A DNA stretch of 64,000 bases from NCBI GenBank assembly GCA_040767225.1, contig JAXGOY010000005.1, positions 749-64,748 of the forward strand. The letters are read 5' to 3'. A program made the position numbers and the translations under genes. Numbering within the stretch: the stretch's first letter is position 1; each line of letters starts with the position of its first letter. Positions 10,352-20,089 of this stretch are shown piece by piece. The DNA is from Candidatus Dojkabacteria bacterium. GTDB taxonomy: Bacteria > Patescibacteriota > Dojkabacteria > SC72. Below the pieces are notes generated by a model. It searched no databases. It was not told where the DNA came from and worked only from the letters and a program-made list of their open reading frames with translations.

Positions 10352-10951
10352 CTATTCATATGTCTCATGTTGTACAACACGAAATTCGCTAAATGGATAA
10401 TACACTATCCATGCTTTTCCTTTAATAGCACTTTTTTTAATTGGACCAAAATCTCTTGAGTCTGAACTATTTGTTCTGTTATCACCACATACAAAATATT
10501 CATCCTCTTTAAGTTTTATAGTTTGTCCTTCATGTAAATACGATCCTCCATTTGTAATTACAGAGGGGTCTAAATATGCAGATTCATCAAGAAGCTGTCC
10601 ATTAATATATATTTTTCCATCTTTTATCATTACCTCATCTCCTGGTACACCAATTATTCTTTTAATAAAGTCAGCAGTATCTGAGTATTTAAAGATAATA
10701 ACATCACCTCTTTTTGGTTCTGATACCCTATATGTTATTTTATTTGCCATTAAAAACTCACCATTTTTGTATGTTGGGTGCATTGAATTTCCTACAACTT
10801 CATGTGGGGTCATAATAAAGAGATATAGGACTATTGCCAATACAAGTGCAACAAGAATTGTTTCAATAAGGGAGTATATTGCTTTTCCTATTGAACCAAG
10901 AAACTTTGTTGCTTTTGGCTCATTGGACTCTGTTGTAGGAGCTTCGTACAT
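10352..10951 (-). CDS. lepB: Signal peptidase I
   Basis: SPase I boxes GNSMHPT, RGDVIIF, KRIIGVPGD and GDNRTNSSDSR. Confidence 0.85.
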   Translation of the reverse strand: MYEAPTTESNEPKATKFLGSIGKAIYSLIETILVALVLAIVLYLFIMTPHEVVGNSMHPTYKNGEFLMANKITYRVSEPKRGDVIIFKYSDTADFIKRIIGVPGDEVMIKDGKIYINGQLLDESAYLDPSVITNGGSYLHEGQTIKLKEDEYFVCGDNRTNSSDSRDFGPIKKSAIKGKAWIVYYPFSEFRVVQHETYE

Positions 10952-10981
10952 TAAATTGGGGCATTAAATTATTTAAAAATC

Positions 10982-11054
10982 TACCGCTACGGGGAATCGA
11001 ACCCCGGTTTACAGGATGAAAACCTGCTGTCCTAGGCCACTAGACGATAGCGGC
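10982..11054 (-). tRNA. tRNA-Glu (anticodon TTC)
   Basis: Reverse complement gives gccgcta...tcgtctagtgg...anticodon loop ttTTCat...ggttcgattcc...tagcggt. The 1:72 pair is G:U. Confidence 0.75.
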
Positions 11055-11072
11055 ATACGTCTAGTGATTTTA

Positions 11073-11315
11073 CTATACAGAAGGTTTTTTGTTAAGCTCT
11101 CTTAAGAACTGTTGCTCCTCCTGGAATGATGCTCTCTGGTATTCGTTTAACTCTTTATTATAAACATATCTTCTTTTACATTTACATTCAACGAGATCTC
11201 TTCGTTCAGATAGTTTCCCTAACTTTTTTGCTTTATCTAAAGATGCAGTACATCCTACACATAATCGTTTTTTAAGAAGAACTTTTTGGAATGAGGATAT
11301 AAATTTGGGTTTCAT
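11073..11315 (-). CDS. Hypothetical small basic protein with a Cys-rich (zinc-ribbon-like) core
   Basis: 80 aa with a CVGC...CKCKRR pattern. No recognisable family. Confidence 0.35.
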   Translation of the reverse strand: MKPKFISSFQKVLLKKRLCVGCTASLDKAKKLGKLSERRDLVECKCKRRYVYNKELNEYQRASFQEEQQFLRELNKKPSV

Positions 11316-11339
11316 TTTTATTTAATCATAAATATTATA

Positions 11340-11424
11340 TGCCGAGAAGAGGACTCGAACCTCCAAGGGATATACTCCCACTTGCTCCTAAAGCAAGCGT
11401 GTCTGCCAGTTTCACCATCTCGGC
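11340..11424 (-). tRNA. tRNA-Leu (anticodon TAG), type II with a long variable arm
   Basis: 85 nt. The reverse complement gives gccgaga..., anticodon stem-loop cttgc-ttTAGga-gcaag, and ggttcgagtcc. Confidence 0.8.
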
Positions 11425-11466
11425 TTGTAGATATTTTACTAAAAAAGAGTATTTTATACAAAAGAT

Positions 11467-11763
11467 TTAACTATCTTGATCACTATCAAAGATTTTTCCA
11501 AACACCTTTACATATCCATTCTCTGTATATTTAGCATTCTTAAGTACATCCTCTTGAGTTAGAGATATCTCTGGTATATCTTCTCTTAACTGTGAAAAAG
11601 GAATATGTCTTTTCATAGGTTTAACATTATTAGTATTAATCTCTTGTAGTACTTTTGCACTATCAAGAATAGTTTGCATTTGAAGAGTAAACTTTTCTAG
11701 CTCTTCATCTGTAAGAGATATTCTGGATAATCTTGCAATATGTCTTAATGTTTTTTTATCCAT
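11467..11763 (-). CDS. gatC: Asp/Glu-tRNA amidotransferase subunit C
   Basis: 98 aa, LxRISLTDEE...NV.PM pattern. Its end overlaps the gatB start. Confidence 0.8.
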   Translation of the reverse strand: MDKKTLRHIARLSRISLTDEELEKFTLQMQTILDSAKVLQEINTNNVKPMKRHIPFSQLREDIPEISLTQEDVLKNAKYTENGYVKVFGKIFDSDQDS

Positions 11764-13285
11764 TCAACTTTTTTATTAAAATTGATTTTACTTTATTAGG
11801 ATCAGCACTCCCTTTTGTTTTCTGCATAACTTGACCAATTAAAAACCCTATTGTTGCTTCTTTTCCAGATTTATAATCATTAACAGCTTTAGAATTAGAA
11901 TTTATAACCTCATCTATGATGGAGTCTATATTATTTAAGGCTATATTACTTTCAGAAACTGTCTTTTCTATTAATTCTTTTAAGTCTTTATTATTTTGTA
12001 TAGATTCTCTAAGCAAACTCTCTGCTTTGTTTCTTGTTAGTGTCTTCTTCTCAAATTCTGTGATTAAAAGTGCAAGAGAGCTCTTTGGTATGTTCTTTTC
12101 ATTTATTTCTATCTTTTTATCATTTGATATTGCAAATACTGTACCAGTTATCCAATTAGATGCAGACTTAGCAGCTTTTTGTATAGGCATTGAAGATGAA
12201 AGAAGTGCAACAAGCTCTTCAAAATAGACAGAGATATCCCTATCAGCAACTAATACAGAACTATCGTAATCAGAGAGTTGATACTCCTTTTTATATCTTT
12301 CTTCTTTTTGGTCAGGGAGCTCAACAAGCTCATTTGATACTCTTTTTACATCATCAATAGAGATATCAATAATCGGAATATCTGGTTCAGGCATATATCT
12401 ATAATCATCAGCTGTTTCTTTTGACCTTTGAAACTCTGTTATACCTTTGTCTGCATTCCATCCTCTTGTTTGTTGGATTAATGTTTTTCCTTTCTCAAGC
12501 TCATCAACCATTCTTTTTACTTCATACTCTATTGATTTCTCAACAGCGGAAATAGAACCGATATTCTTAATTTCAGTTTTAGGATTTAACTTGTAATTAC
12601 CAATTGGTAAAATCTTGCCATCTAAGTATTTCCATTTTCCTTTCTCTTGTACAGAAATATTAGGTTCACATCTCATTTGTCCTTTTTCCATATCTGCATC
12701 AGAGATATTTAGATATCTAACAACTTGTCTGACCATTTCAGCAAACTTTCTAGCCTGATATGCACTTCTTATTTCTGGTTTTGTTACTATTTCGATTAGA
12801 GGAACTCCTGATTTGTTGTAGTCGATAAGGGAGTAGGCTGTACCATTCTGGTTATAATGGAGTAATTTTGCAACATCTTCTTCTTGATGAATTCTTTCAA
12901 TACCAACAGAGTATTTCTTTCCATCATTATCTTTTATTTCTAAATATCCATCTGAGCATATTGGTCTTTTATATTGGCTAATCTGATATCCTTTAGGAAG
13001 GTCAGGGTAAAAGTAGTGTTTCCTATCAAAATGTATTTCATCATCTATATCGCAGTGTAAAGCAAGACCAAGAAGTATACAAAGCTCAATTGCTCTTTTA
13101 TTGGGTACAGGTAAAGCCCCAGGTAGTCCTAAACATGTAGGGCAGACATGAGTATTAGGTTCTTGTTCAAAGTAGTGGGTAGGACATGAACAAAACATTT
13201 TACTTTTAGTATTGCTTTGAACATGTATTTCTAATCCAATTATTACATCATATTTTGAATTTTCCATTGATAGTGATGATATCAA
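11756..13285 (-). CDS. gatB: Asp/Glu-tRNA amidotransferase subunit B
   Basis: YDVIIGLEIHVQ...FCSC...GLPGALP in the N-terminal region, with a GatB/YqeY C-terminal domain. Confidence 0.9.
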   Translation of the reverse strand: MISSLSMENSKYDVIIGLEIHVQSNTKSKMFCSCPTHYFEQEPNTHVCPTCLGLPGALPVPNKRAIELCILLGLALHCDIDDEIHFDRKHYFYPDLPKGYQISQYKRPICSDGYLEIKDNDGKKYSVGIERIHQEEDVAKLLHYNQNGTAYSLIDYNKSGVPLIEIVTKPEIRSAYQARKFAEMVRQVVRYLNISDADMEKGQMRCEPNISVQEKGKWKYLDGKILPIGNYKLNPKTEIKNIGSISAVEKSIEYEVKRMVDELEKGKTLIQQTRGWNADKGITEFQRSKETADDYRYMPEPDIPIIDISIDDVKRVSNELVELPDQKEERYKKEYQLSDYDSSVLVADRDISVYFEELVALLSSSMPIQKAAKSASNWITGTVFAISNDKKIEINEKNIPKSSLALLITEFEKKTLTRNKAESLLRESIQNNKDLKELIEKTVSESNIALNNIDSIIDEVINSNSKAVNDYKSGKEATIGFLIGQVMQKTKGSADPNKVKSILIKKLNG

Positions 13286-13305
13286 TAATATGTATCTATA
13301 TCAAT

Positions 13306-14397
13306 TTACCCAAATATTTTAATTTCATTTTCAACTCTTTCCTGCTCTTTACTTTCTTCATCAGGGATAAAATAGTAAGAGCCTCTTCCTTCTCCTTTTT
13401 GAGATATGTATTTTTTATTAAGTAAATCCTGCAAATCTCTGTATCCAGTCATAAAGGACACACCCATCATTTTACTGTACTCTCGTCTTGTAATTTTAGG
13501 ATTATCACTAAGATACTCCATTACTTTAATTTGTCTAGAGTTTAAATCGTCTTTTAAGTTTCTCCTTATATCTAATCTTTTATCATACTCTTGTGTTACT
13601 CTCTTTGAAGTATCAATTACAGTAAGTGAAAGAGTATAAAGAATGGCTTCTATAAATATGGTTAAATCTCTCTTACTTTTAGCTAATTTGAATGCAGATT
13701 CTATATCCTCACTAATATCATTAAAAGCTTTTGATATTGGAATAATATTATGTGGATTAAGGCCATATGTTTTGCTTAAAACCTTAAAAGTATTAATTGC
13801 TGTAATCTGATTACCGCTATAAAAGGGGGCCTTATCGATAAACTCATACAGAAGGATAGATAACTGTATTAACTTATGTGTTCCACTAGAAGAGTTTATA
13901 ATCCATGAAAACATATCATTAAAATACTCTCTCATATCAAGATTGGGGTAATAATCTCTTAGTTTATACCATGTGTCATACAATTCATAAGGCTTCTCAG
14001 AGAATGTTTTTAATCTTCCTTCATCCCAGGGTTCTACAATTCCTTTTGTTAGAATTTTGTTTAAATGAGAAGAGAGTTCAATTGATGGTTTTAGTTTACT
14101 TTTTGCTGTGTAGGTATCAATAAAGTCTTGAGTGTTTTTGAAGTTTGTAAATATTCTTAATTTATTTTTGTAAGATGGTGTTACCTGTCCTCTTTGTACT
14201 GTTAATGCTTTATTGTATCCAATAGGGTAAGCAATAAACTCACCAAGTTTATCAATTTCCTCTGCCCTTATCTTTTCTCTTTCTTCTGAAAGTAGGGGGC
14301 TTGGTATAACTGTTTGTTTAATAGTTTGAATTGCTAATTCATATTTAACTATATAGTTGAGTATTAAATTTGTAATTGTATATTTTGGTATTTCCAT
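13306..14397 (-). CDS. Fic/DOC-family-like protein with a C-terminal winged-HTH. The Fic motif is degenerate (APFYSGNQITA instead of HPFx[D/E]GNGR).
   Basis: 363 aa. A C-terminal wHTH is present (KITRREYSKMMGVSFMTGYRDLQDL). Fic-core position and architecture are by recall; no alignment was run. Confidence 0.3.
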   Translation of the reverse strand: MEIPKYTITNLILNYIVKYELAIQTIKQTVIPSPLLSEEREKIRAEEIDKLGEFIAYPIGYNKALTVQRGQVTPSYKNKLRIFTNFKNTQDFIDTYTAKSKLKPSIELSSHLNKILTKGIVEPWDEGRLKTFSEKPYELYDTWYKLRDYYPNLDMREYFNDMFSWIINSSSGTHKLIQLSILLYEFIDKAPFYSGNQITAINTFKVLSKTYGLNPHNIIPISKAFNDISEDIESAFKLAKSKRDLTIFIEAILYTLSLTVIDTSKRVTQEYDKRLDIRRNLKDDLNSRQIKVMEYLSDNPKITRREYSKMMGVSFMTGYRDLQDLLNKKYISQKGEGRGSYYFIPDEESKEQERVENEIKIFG

Positions 14398-14415
14398 ACT
14401 GTTAATTTTTCTAAA

Positions 14416-14488
14416 AGCTGGTGGGCGGATTTGAACCGTCGGCCTGTCCCTTACGAAGGGAATGCTCTACCAACTGAGCTACACCAGC
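14416..14488 (-). tRNA. tRNA-Thr (anticodon CGT)
   Basis: Reverse complement gives gctggtg-tagctcagttggtagagc-..ccct-tCGTaa-ggga..-ggttcaaatcc-caccagc. There is one A:C mismatch in the T-stem. Confidence 0.7.
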
Positions 14489-14535
14489 AATTGTAACACT
14501 AATTGTAACAAATGGGTATTGATTATGCAAACAGC

Positions 14536-15057
14536 TTAATTTCCACGAGACAGCGATGCAGCACATCCACAGTTTGTTTTAAATAATCCTTCTTTAGCAT
14601 TCTTTGTTTTGTATCTTAAAAATTGTAATGTTTGATTATCTCTTGTTAAATACAATGTTCCTATCTTCCCATTTATTAATTGTAGGTTGTAGTAATCAGT
14701 AACATCATTAAAATCATCATATTCTACCTTTGTGACATAACTTTCTTGAGGAAAAATATTAAGAGTAAATAAATCTATATTTTCAGAGTTAATTTCTAAG
14801 ATATCCCTTCCTAATCTATCTTTATTTATCTTAAACGTAATAGATGCATTAGTATATCCTTTTAAATACCATGTTCCTAATATCTGCCACTCGTAAAAGG
14901 GCTTAGAATTTATGTTTTGGTCATAACTTTTTTCTTGTTTTTGTGTATCGGCAAATAAGTAATTAGTATGACTATTTATTAGAAGAAAGAATATAAAGAC
15001 TGAGAGAAATATGTAACATACTGTGTAAAAGTTTTTATTTTTATGCTTTTCTTTCAT
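14536..15057 (-). CDS. Hypothetical signal-anchored or secreted protein
   Basis: 173 aa. N-terminal hydrophobic segment. No family recognised. Confidence 0.35.
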   Translation of the reverse strand: MKEKHKNKNFYTVCYIFLSVFIFFLLINSHTNYLFADTQKQEKSYDQNINSKPFYEWQILGTWYLKGYTNASITFKINKDRLGRDILEINSENIDLFTLNIFPQESYVTKVEYDDFNDVTDYYNLQLINGKIGTLYLTRDNQTLQFLRYKTKNAKEGLFKTNCGCAASLSRGN

Positions 15058-15068
15058 CTTATCGTGTT

Positions 15069-16067
15069 CTAACTATTTTTAATAATAAAGTTTATTAATT
15101 CTGTAAAGTTAATACCTTTTTCCTGTGCTTCTTTTGGTAGCAAAGAGTTATCAGTCATTCCAGGCAGAGTGTTTGTTTCCAAATAATATATGCAATGGTT
15201 CTTTATTAAAAAATCTGACCTGGAATATACACTGCATCCTAATATTTTGTGTATTTGTATCGTTACTCTTGAAATTTTATCAGAAAGTTGTTGAGAAATA
15301 TGTAAAGGAGGTGTTATTTCATTACAACTATTCTTTGTATATTTTGATTTATAGTCAAAAAATTGGCTATTTTTAGGTATTATCTCGATTGGTGGAAGTT
15401 TAATGAATGTTCCATTTTTCTTTTGGAGACATCCACAGCTTATCTCTATGTTATTTTTAATTATAGGTTGAATGATAAAATCTTCATTATTAGGGAATTG
15501 ATTAATTAAGAAGTTAAGAGAATATTTAAATTCTTTTTGATTTCTTATAAAAATAGTACCAATACTTGAGCCACCTTTATTTGGTTTAATGCATATATTT
15601 TCTTTTTTGTATTTATATTCCTTAGTAATACTGCCTAACGGAAGTAATTTTGTTTTTGGAATTTTTATTTCTTTAATTTGTTTTACAACCAATCCTGACC
15701 TATATTTGTCCATACAGAGAGCAGAAGCATTACTTTTAGAACCAGTAAATGGAATATTTAGAAATTCAAGAATAGATTGAAGCATTCCATCTTCTCCAAA
15801 CTTGCCATGTAATGCATTTATATTCATTCTCATATTTTTTAGTTTGATTACTTCTGTAAAAAAGTCTTTCATACTGTCTTCAGTAGGAATTTTTATCTTG
15901 TTTTTTGCTTTATACAGTAGAGCCTTTTTATTGGGGGAAATATAAAAGATAAAAGGAGTGTACTTCTCTTTATTTATATGTTTTAATATTGATTTTGCAG
16001 ATTCAATAGAGACATCATGTTCAGTTGAAATACCTCCACATAGGATAGATATGTTTTCCTTGTTCAT
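15069..16067 (-). CDS. ddl: D-alanine--D-alanine ligase
   Basis: N-terminal ISILCGGISTEHDVS and an ATP-grasp C-terminal half. Confidence 0.75.
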   Translation of the reverse strand: MNKENISILCGGISTEHDVSIESAKSILKHINKEKYTPFIFYISPNKKALLYKAKNKIKIPTEDSMKDFFTEVIKLKNMRMNINALHGKFGEDGMLQSILEFLNIPFTGSKSNASALCMDKYRSGLVVKQIKEIKIPKTKLLPLGSITKEYKYKKENICIKPNKGGSSIGTIFIRNQKEFKYSLNFLINQFPNNEDFIIQPIIKNNIEISCGCLQKKNGTFIKLPPIEIIPKNSQFFDYKSKYTKNSCNEITPPLHISQQLSDKISRVTIQIHKILGCSVYSRSDFLIKNHCIYYLETNTLPGMTDNSLLPKEAQEKGINFTELINFIIKNS

Positions 16068-16109
16068 AGGTATATTTTACAATATTTGTTGAGAAAACAT
16101 TACAATGAA

Positions 16110-16183
16110 AGCGAGAGACGGGATTCGAACCCGCGACCTTCTCCTTGGGAAGGAGACATTCTAGCCAACTGAACTACTCTCGC
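16110..16183 (-). tRNA. tRNA-Gly (anticodon CCC)
   Basis: The 5' half (gcgagagtagttcagttggctagaa) is identical to the tRNA-Gly(GCC) at 483. The anticodon loop reads ttCCCaa. Confidence 0.8.
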
Positions 16184-16228
16184 TAGTAGTAGAGATTCTA
16201 TTATTTTCTTGTTTAGAATACAAGATAT

Positions 16229-16582
16229 TTACAATATTGAAGACCTTATCTCATTCCAATCAGAGTTAAGCTTAGCTCCGATTTCTTTTGCTGTTTGTGC
16301 TGTTACATCTGAGTCATTCTTTATCTCATCTACAACTTGCATAACTAGTTTTTTGTAACCCTCAAAATCTATCTTCTTTCCTGCTTCTTTAATCTCTAGT
16401 AGCTTTGTTTCTACTTTTTTCCTTGCTTCTAGGTATTTACTTTGTGCTTTGTCTCCAACAGATAATGCAAATTTCTTAATCTCTTTTCTAGTCTTTTCTC
16501 CTGATTGAGGAGCAAGTAATAATCCAGCAACTGCACCTATTGTTGCTCCTACTAAAAAGCCTTTAAAGTAGTTGTCCTTCAT
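16229..16582 (-). CDS. YtxH-domain (general stress) protein
   Basis: N-terminal GFLVGATIGAVAGLLLAPQSGEKTR followed by a coiled K/E-rich region. Confidence 0.55.
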   Translation of the reverse strand: MKDNYFKGFLVGATIGAVAGLLLAPQSGEKTRKEIKKFALSVGDKAQSKYLEARKKVETKLLEIKEAGKKIDFEGYKKLVMQVVDEIKNDSDVTAQTAKEIGAKLNSDWNEIRSSIL

Positions 16583-16636
16583 AATATATGTAGTGAATTA
16601 ATTTAAATATTATATATTTAATAATATATTACCATA

Positions 16637-16867
16637 TTACAATTTTAATTTCTTAATTAAAATGTAAGCTAGGGCAATAAAACAGAGAGGAGCTACAATT
16701 ATGATTATTATTTGGATTGTTGAAAGTGGTGCAACAGTAGTTTGAGCCTGTAACTCTTCTTCTACAGTTGTACTGTCTTGTGCAAAGATTGGGCTTACAA
16801 TAGAAGTAGCAAGAGAAAAAATAGTAAACATTGATATTAATATGTTTTTCATAGTAACATAATACAT
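16637..16867 (-). CDS. Hypothetical small secreted or membrane protein
   Basis: 76 aa with a signal-like N-terminus and a C-terminal TM. Confidence 0.3.
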   Translation of the reverse strand: MYYVTMKNILISMFTIFSLATSIVSPIFAQDSTTVEEELQAQTTVAPLSTIQIIIIIVAPLCFIALAYILIKKLKL

Positions 16868-16875
16868 AGTTATAT

Positions 16876-17529
16876 ATGTTTTTACAAGATTTTATGATTA
16901 TTCCAGATATTAAATTAGAAGAAAAGCTGTGGAGGAGAGGTATAAAATATGTTGCTGGTATTGATGAGGCAGGTAGGGGTCCTTTGGCTGGTCCTGTGTG
17001 TGCCAGTGCTGTAATCATATCAAAAGAGAATGAGATTTCCGCTTTAGTAAGGGATAGTAAGACAATGAGTGAGAAACAGAGAGAAAAAGCATATGATTTT
17101 GTAATTCATAATTGTCTTGCATATGGAGTATGTATGATAAGTTCTAAAAAAATAGATAAGTTTGGTATTCAAGATGCAGTAAGGATGGCTATGGAGGGAG
17201 CACTTACGAATGCAGAGAGTATGTTAGGCAGGAGAGTAGATTATCTTATCATTGATGGTAATAATGTTGAATCAATAGAAGGGTACAGTGAGGAGAAGAT
17301 TAAAGATGGAGATGCACATCATTATTCAATTTCAGCAGCATCAATTATTGCAAAAGTAACTAGAGATAGATATATGAAGAATATGGCATTAAAATATCCT
17401 CTTTATGGTTTTGAAAGACATGTAGGATATGGTACTAGAGAGCACATAGAGGCTATTAAAAAGTATGGTATATGTCCTATACATAGAAGATCTTTTTCTC
17501 CTGTAAAAGAGATATATTGTAAAAAGTAA
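16876..17529 (+). CDS. rnhB: Ribonuclease HII
   Basis: GIDEAGRGPLAGPV and the DSK motif. Confidence 0.9.
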   Translation: MFLQDFMIIPDIKLEEKLWRRGIKYVAGIDEAGRGPLAGPVCASAVIISKENEISALVRDSKTMSEKQREKAYDFVIHNCLAYGVCMISSKKIDKFGIQDAVRMAMEGALTNAESMLGRRVDYLIIDGNNVESIEGYSEEKIKDGDAHHYSISAASIIAKVTRDRYMKNMALKYPLYGFERHVGYGTREHIEAIKKYGICPIHRRSFSPVKEIYCKK

Positions 17530-17556
17530 TCAATGGGGGGTATAATCATGCTCATT

Positions 17557-17630
17557 GGGTCGCTAGCTCATCAGGTTAGAGCAACTGCCTTTTAAGCAGT
17601 AGGTGCTGGGTTCGAGTCCCAGGCGACTCA
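17557..17630 (+). tRNA. tRNA-Lys (anticodon TTT)
   Basis: gggtcgc-tagctcatcaggttagagc-actgc-cTTTTaa-gcagt-ggttcgagtcc-gcgactc-a. Confidence 0.8.
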
Positions 17631-17729
17631 TTTTCTTTCTGTACTGATACTTTTTTCTCTGTTGCATTCTATTTTAATTTTTGTATACTATTAATAAGGT
17701 ATATTTAAATTATATAAAAGTATATAGAT

Positions 17730-18644
17730 ATGAAAAATACTGCACTTATAGTTATTATTGCTGTATTATCAGTATTGCTCATAGGCTTTGCATATGTTTC
17801 TCAAGATGAGGAAATTTGCTGTAAATACAGCCTTTGTGCAAATATAACGAAGAAATGTGAAGAGGTAAAAGAAGAGGCGAAAGGGACAGAAATAATTTCT
17901 GAGAAGGGTGTAAAAGTTAAGTTAGATAATATTAAGGAAGGTGATACAGTTGAGGTTGGATTTGAGGTTAAGGGAAGTGTAACTGGTAGCTGGTTTACAG
18001 AGGGTGTTTTTCCTGTAAGAGTTATTGAGAAAGAGACAAACTCTATTATTATAACCAATACTGCACGAGCTTCAGGTGAATGGCAGACAGCAGAGGATGT
18101 TCCATTTTCTTTCGTTATTGATGCTGAAATAGAAAAAGAGGGTCCCTTTATTTTAAGATTTGATAAAAGTAATCCTTCTGCACTTTCTGATAACTATGAT
18201 TATGCATCTTTAACAGTTAATTTAAAGCCTTACAAACCAGTAGAAGAGCCACAATCTGTAAACACCAAAATCTTTTTTGCTAATGTTAAGTTAAATGAGG
18301 AAACTGCAGATTGTAAAATAGTGTATCCTGTATCAAGATCTTTTCAAGATGCTGCTGGTATTGAAAAATTGGCATTAGAAGAGTTAATTAAGGGTCCTAC
18401 TGAGGAAGAAAAAGCTGAAGGGTATGTTTCAGAAATTAATCCTAATGCAAAAATATTAGGACTTTCAATTGAAGATGGAGTAGCAAGAGTAGATTTTAGT
18501 AAAGAGTTAGAAGAGGGTGTTGCAGGAAGTTGTAAGGTTGAATCAATTAGAGCTCAAATAGAAGAAACATTAAAACAGTTTGATAATATTGATTCTGTAG
18601 TTATCTCAGTGGAAGGTAAAGTAGAAGGAGTGCTTCAGCCTTAA
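17730..18644 (+). CDS. Secreted or lipoprotein-like protein with a C-terminal GerMN (sporulation/germination-associated) domain
   Basis: Signal peptide. The C-terminal ~110 aa match a GerMN-like pattern (LIKGPTEEEKAEGYVSEINP...VARVDFSKEL...IEETLKQF). Confidence 0.45.
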   Translation: MKNTALIVIIAVLSVLLIGFAYVSQDEEICCKYSLCANITKKCEEVKEEAKGTEIISEKGVKVKLDNIKEGDTVEVGFEVKGSVTGSWFTEGVFPVRVIEKETNSIIITNTARASGEWQTAEDVPFSFVIDAEIEKEGPFILRFDKSNPSALSDNYDYASLTVNLKPYKPVEEPQSVNTKIFFANVKLNEETADCKIVYPVSRSFQDAAGIEKLALEELIKGPTEEEKAEGYVSEINPNAKILGLSIEDGVARVDFSKELEEGVAGSCKVESIRAQIEETLKQFDNIDSVVISVEGKVEGVLQP

Positions 18645-20083
18645 AAAAGAGTTTGTTCAACTGCTTTTGCGATATTAATTATTGTTTGTTCATCAAATGA
18701 TCTCCCAATAAATTGAATTCCTGTTGGGAGATTATCTACTGTTCCATTAGGAATTGATATTGCGGGTAATCCTGCTTCTGAGCTTCCTTCTGCAAGAATA
18801 TCTGACATTTCACCAAAGAGCGGATTATCAGCATCACTATCTTTTAGTGCAATAGTAGGTGTTGTTGGTGATACTATACAATCATACTTCTTTAATATAT
18901 TGTCCAAATCCTCTTTTATCACTTCTCTTACCTGTTCTGATTTTCTAAAATATTCATCAGCATATCCAGCAGAAAGGGAGTAAGTACCTGTCATTACTCT
19001 TCTTTTAGGTTCTTGTCCAAACCCTTGCCCTCTTGTTGATTCATAGTATGCTACTACTGTTGATTTATCACTTCCCTCAAGTCCATATCTTGTACCATCA
19101 TATCTTGCCAGATTAGAAGAAACTTCACTTCTGCATGTAATTGTATATACAGACATAGCGTATTTAGGGTTAAGTACATTTATATATTCAACTTCTGCTC
19201 CTAATCTTTTTAAGATATCTACAGAAACGAGGAAACTATCCATTACCTCTTTTTGTATCTCCATATCTAAATACTCCTTAGGGATACATATCTTCATTCC
19301 TTTTATCTTTGAAATATCAATATTCTCATAATAGTTTAGAGCAGGGATATCATATGAAGAAAAATCATGTTTATCATATCCTGCAATTATTGATAAAAGA
19401 TATGCACTATCATTTACATCTTTAGTAATTGGTCCAGGGCAATCAAGAGAGGAGCCCATTGCAAGTACACCATATCTTGATACTCTCCCATATGTTGGTT
19501 TAAGACCCACTGTTCCACACCAGCTTGAAGGCTGACGAATAGAACCTGCTGTTTCTGTTCCAATAGAGCCTGCACACATATCTGCAGCAGTAGCAGCAGC
19601 AGAGCCTCCACTAGAACCGCCAGGAAGTCTTGTTAAATCATGGGGATTTCTTGTAGGACCATAATATGATGTTATTGTTGAAGAACCATGGCAAAATTGG
19701 TCTAAATTTGTTTTTCCAAGAATAATTGCACCTTCATTTAAAAGTTTTTGTGTTACAGTAGATTCATATACAGGAGTATATCCATCTAATATATGTGATG
19801 CAGCTGTTGTAAGAATTCCTTTTGTAGAGAATGCATCTTTTATTGCAAGAGGAATTCCTCCAAGCTTTTTATCTTTTTCTTTTTCAAAATTATCATCAAA
19901 ATACTTTGCCTTTTCTAATGCCTGTTGTGCACATACAGTAATATATGCATTTATGTCCTTATCTTTCTTTTCTATCTGTGAAAGATAATAGGAAGTAATC
20001 TCTTGTGATGAAATTTCTCTCTTTAAAAGTTTTTCTCTTATTTCCAGTATTGTTAAATTTTCTAAACTACTCATTACAAGCAA
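18641..20083 (-). CDS. gatA: Glu-tRNA(Gln)/Asp-tRNA(Asn) amidotransferase subunit A (amidase signature)
   Basis: GGSSGGSAAATAA...GTETAGSIRQPSS...GLKPTYG. It is separated from gatCB by about 5.4 kb. Confidence 0.9.
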   Translation of the reverse strand: MLVMSSLENLTILEIREKLLKREISSQEITSYYLSQIEKKDKDINAYITVCAQQALEKAKYFDDNFEKEKDKKLGGIPLAIKDAFSTKGILTTAASHILDGYTPVYESTVTQKLLNEGAIILGKTNLDQFCHGSSTITSYYGPTRNPHDLTRLPGGSSGGSAAATAADMCAGSIGTETAGSIRQPSSWCGTVGLKPTYGRVSRYGVLAMGSSLDCPGPITKDVNDSAYLLSIIAGYDKHDFSSYDIPALNYYENIDISKIKGMKICIPKEYLDMEIQKEVMDSFLVSVDILKRLGAEVEYINVLNPKYAMSVYTITCRSEVSSNLARYDGTRYGLEGSDKSTVVAYYESTRGQGFGQEPKRRVMTGTYSLSAGYADEYFRKSEQVREVIKEDLDNILKKYDCIVSPTTPTIALKDSDADNPLFGEMSDILAEGSSEAGLPAISIPNGTVDNLPTGIQFIGRSFDEQTIINIAKAVEQTLF

Positions 20084-20089
20084 ATTCTA

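Noticed and set aside
19414-19611. 65-aa minus-strand ORF within gatA in another frame
   Set aside because: Internal alternative frame of a conserved amidase gene.
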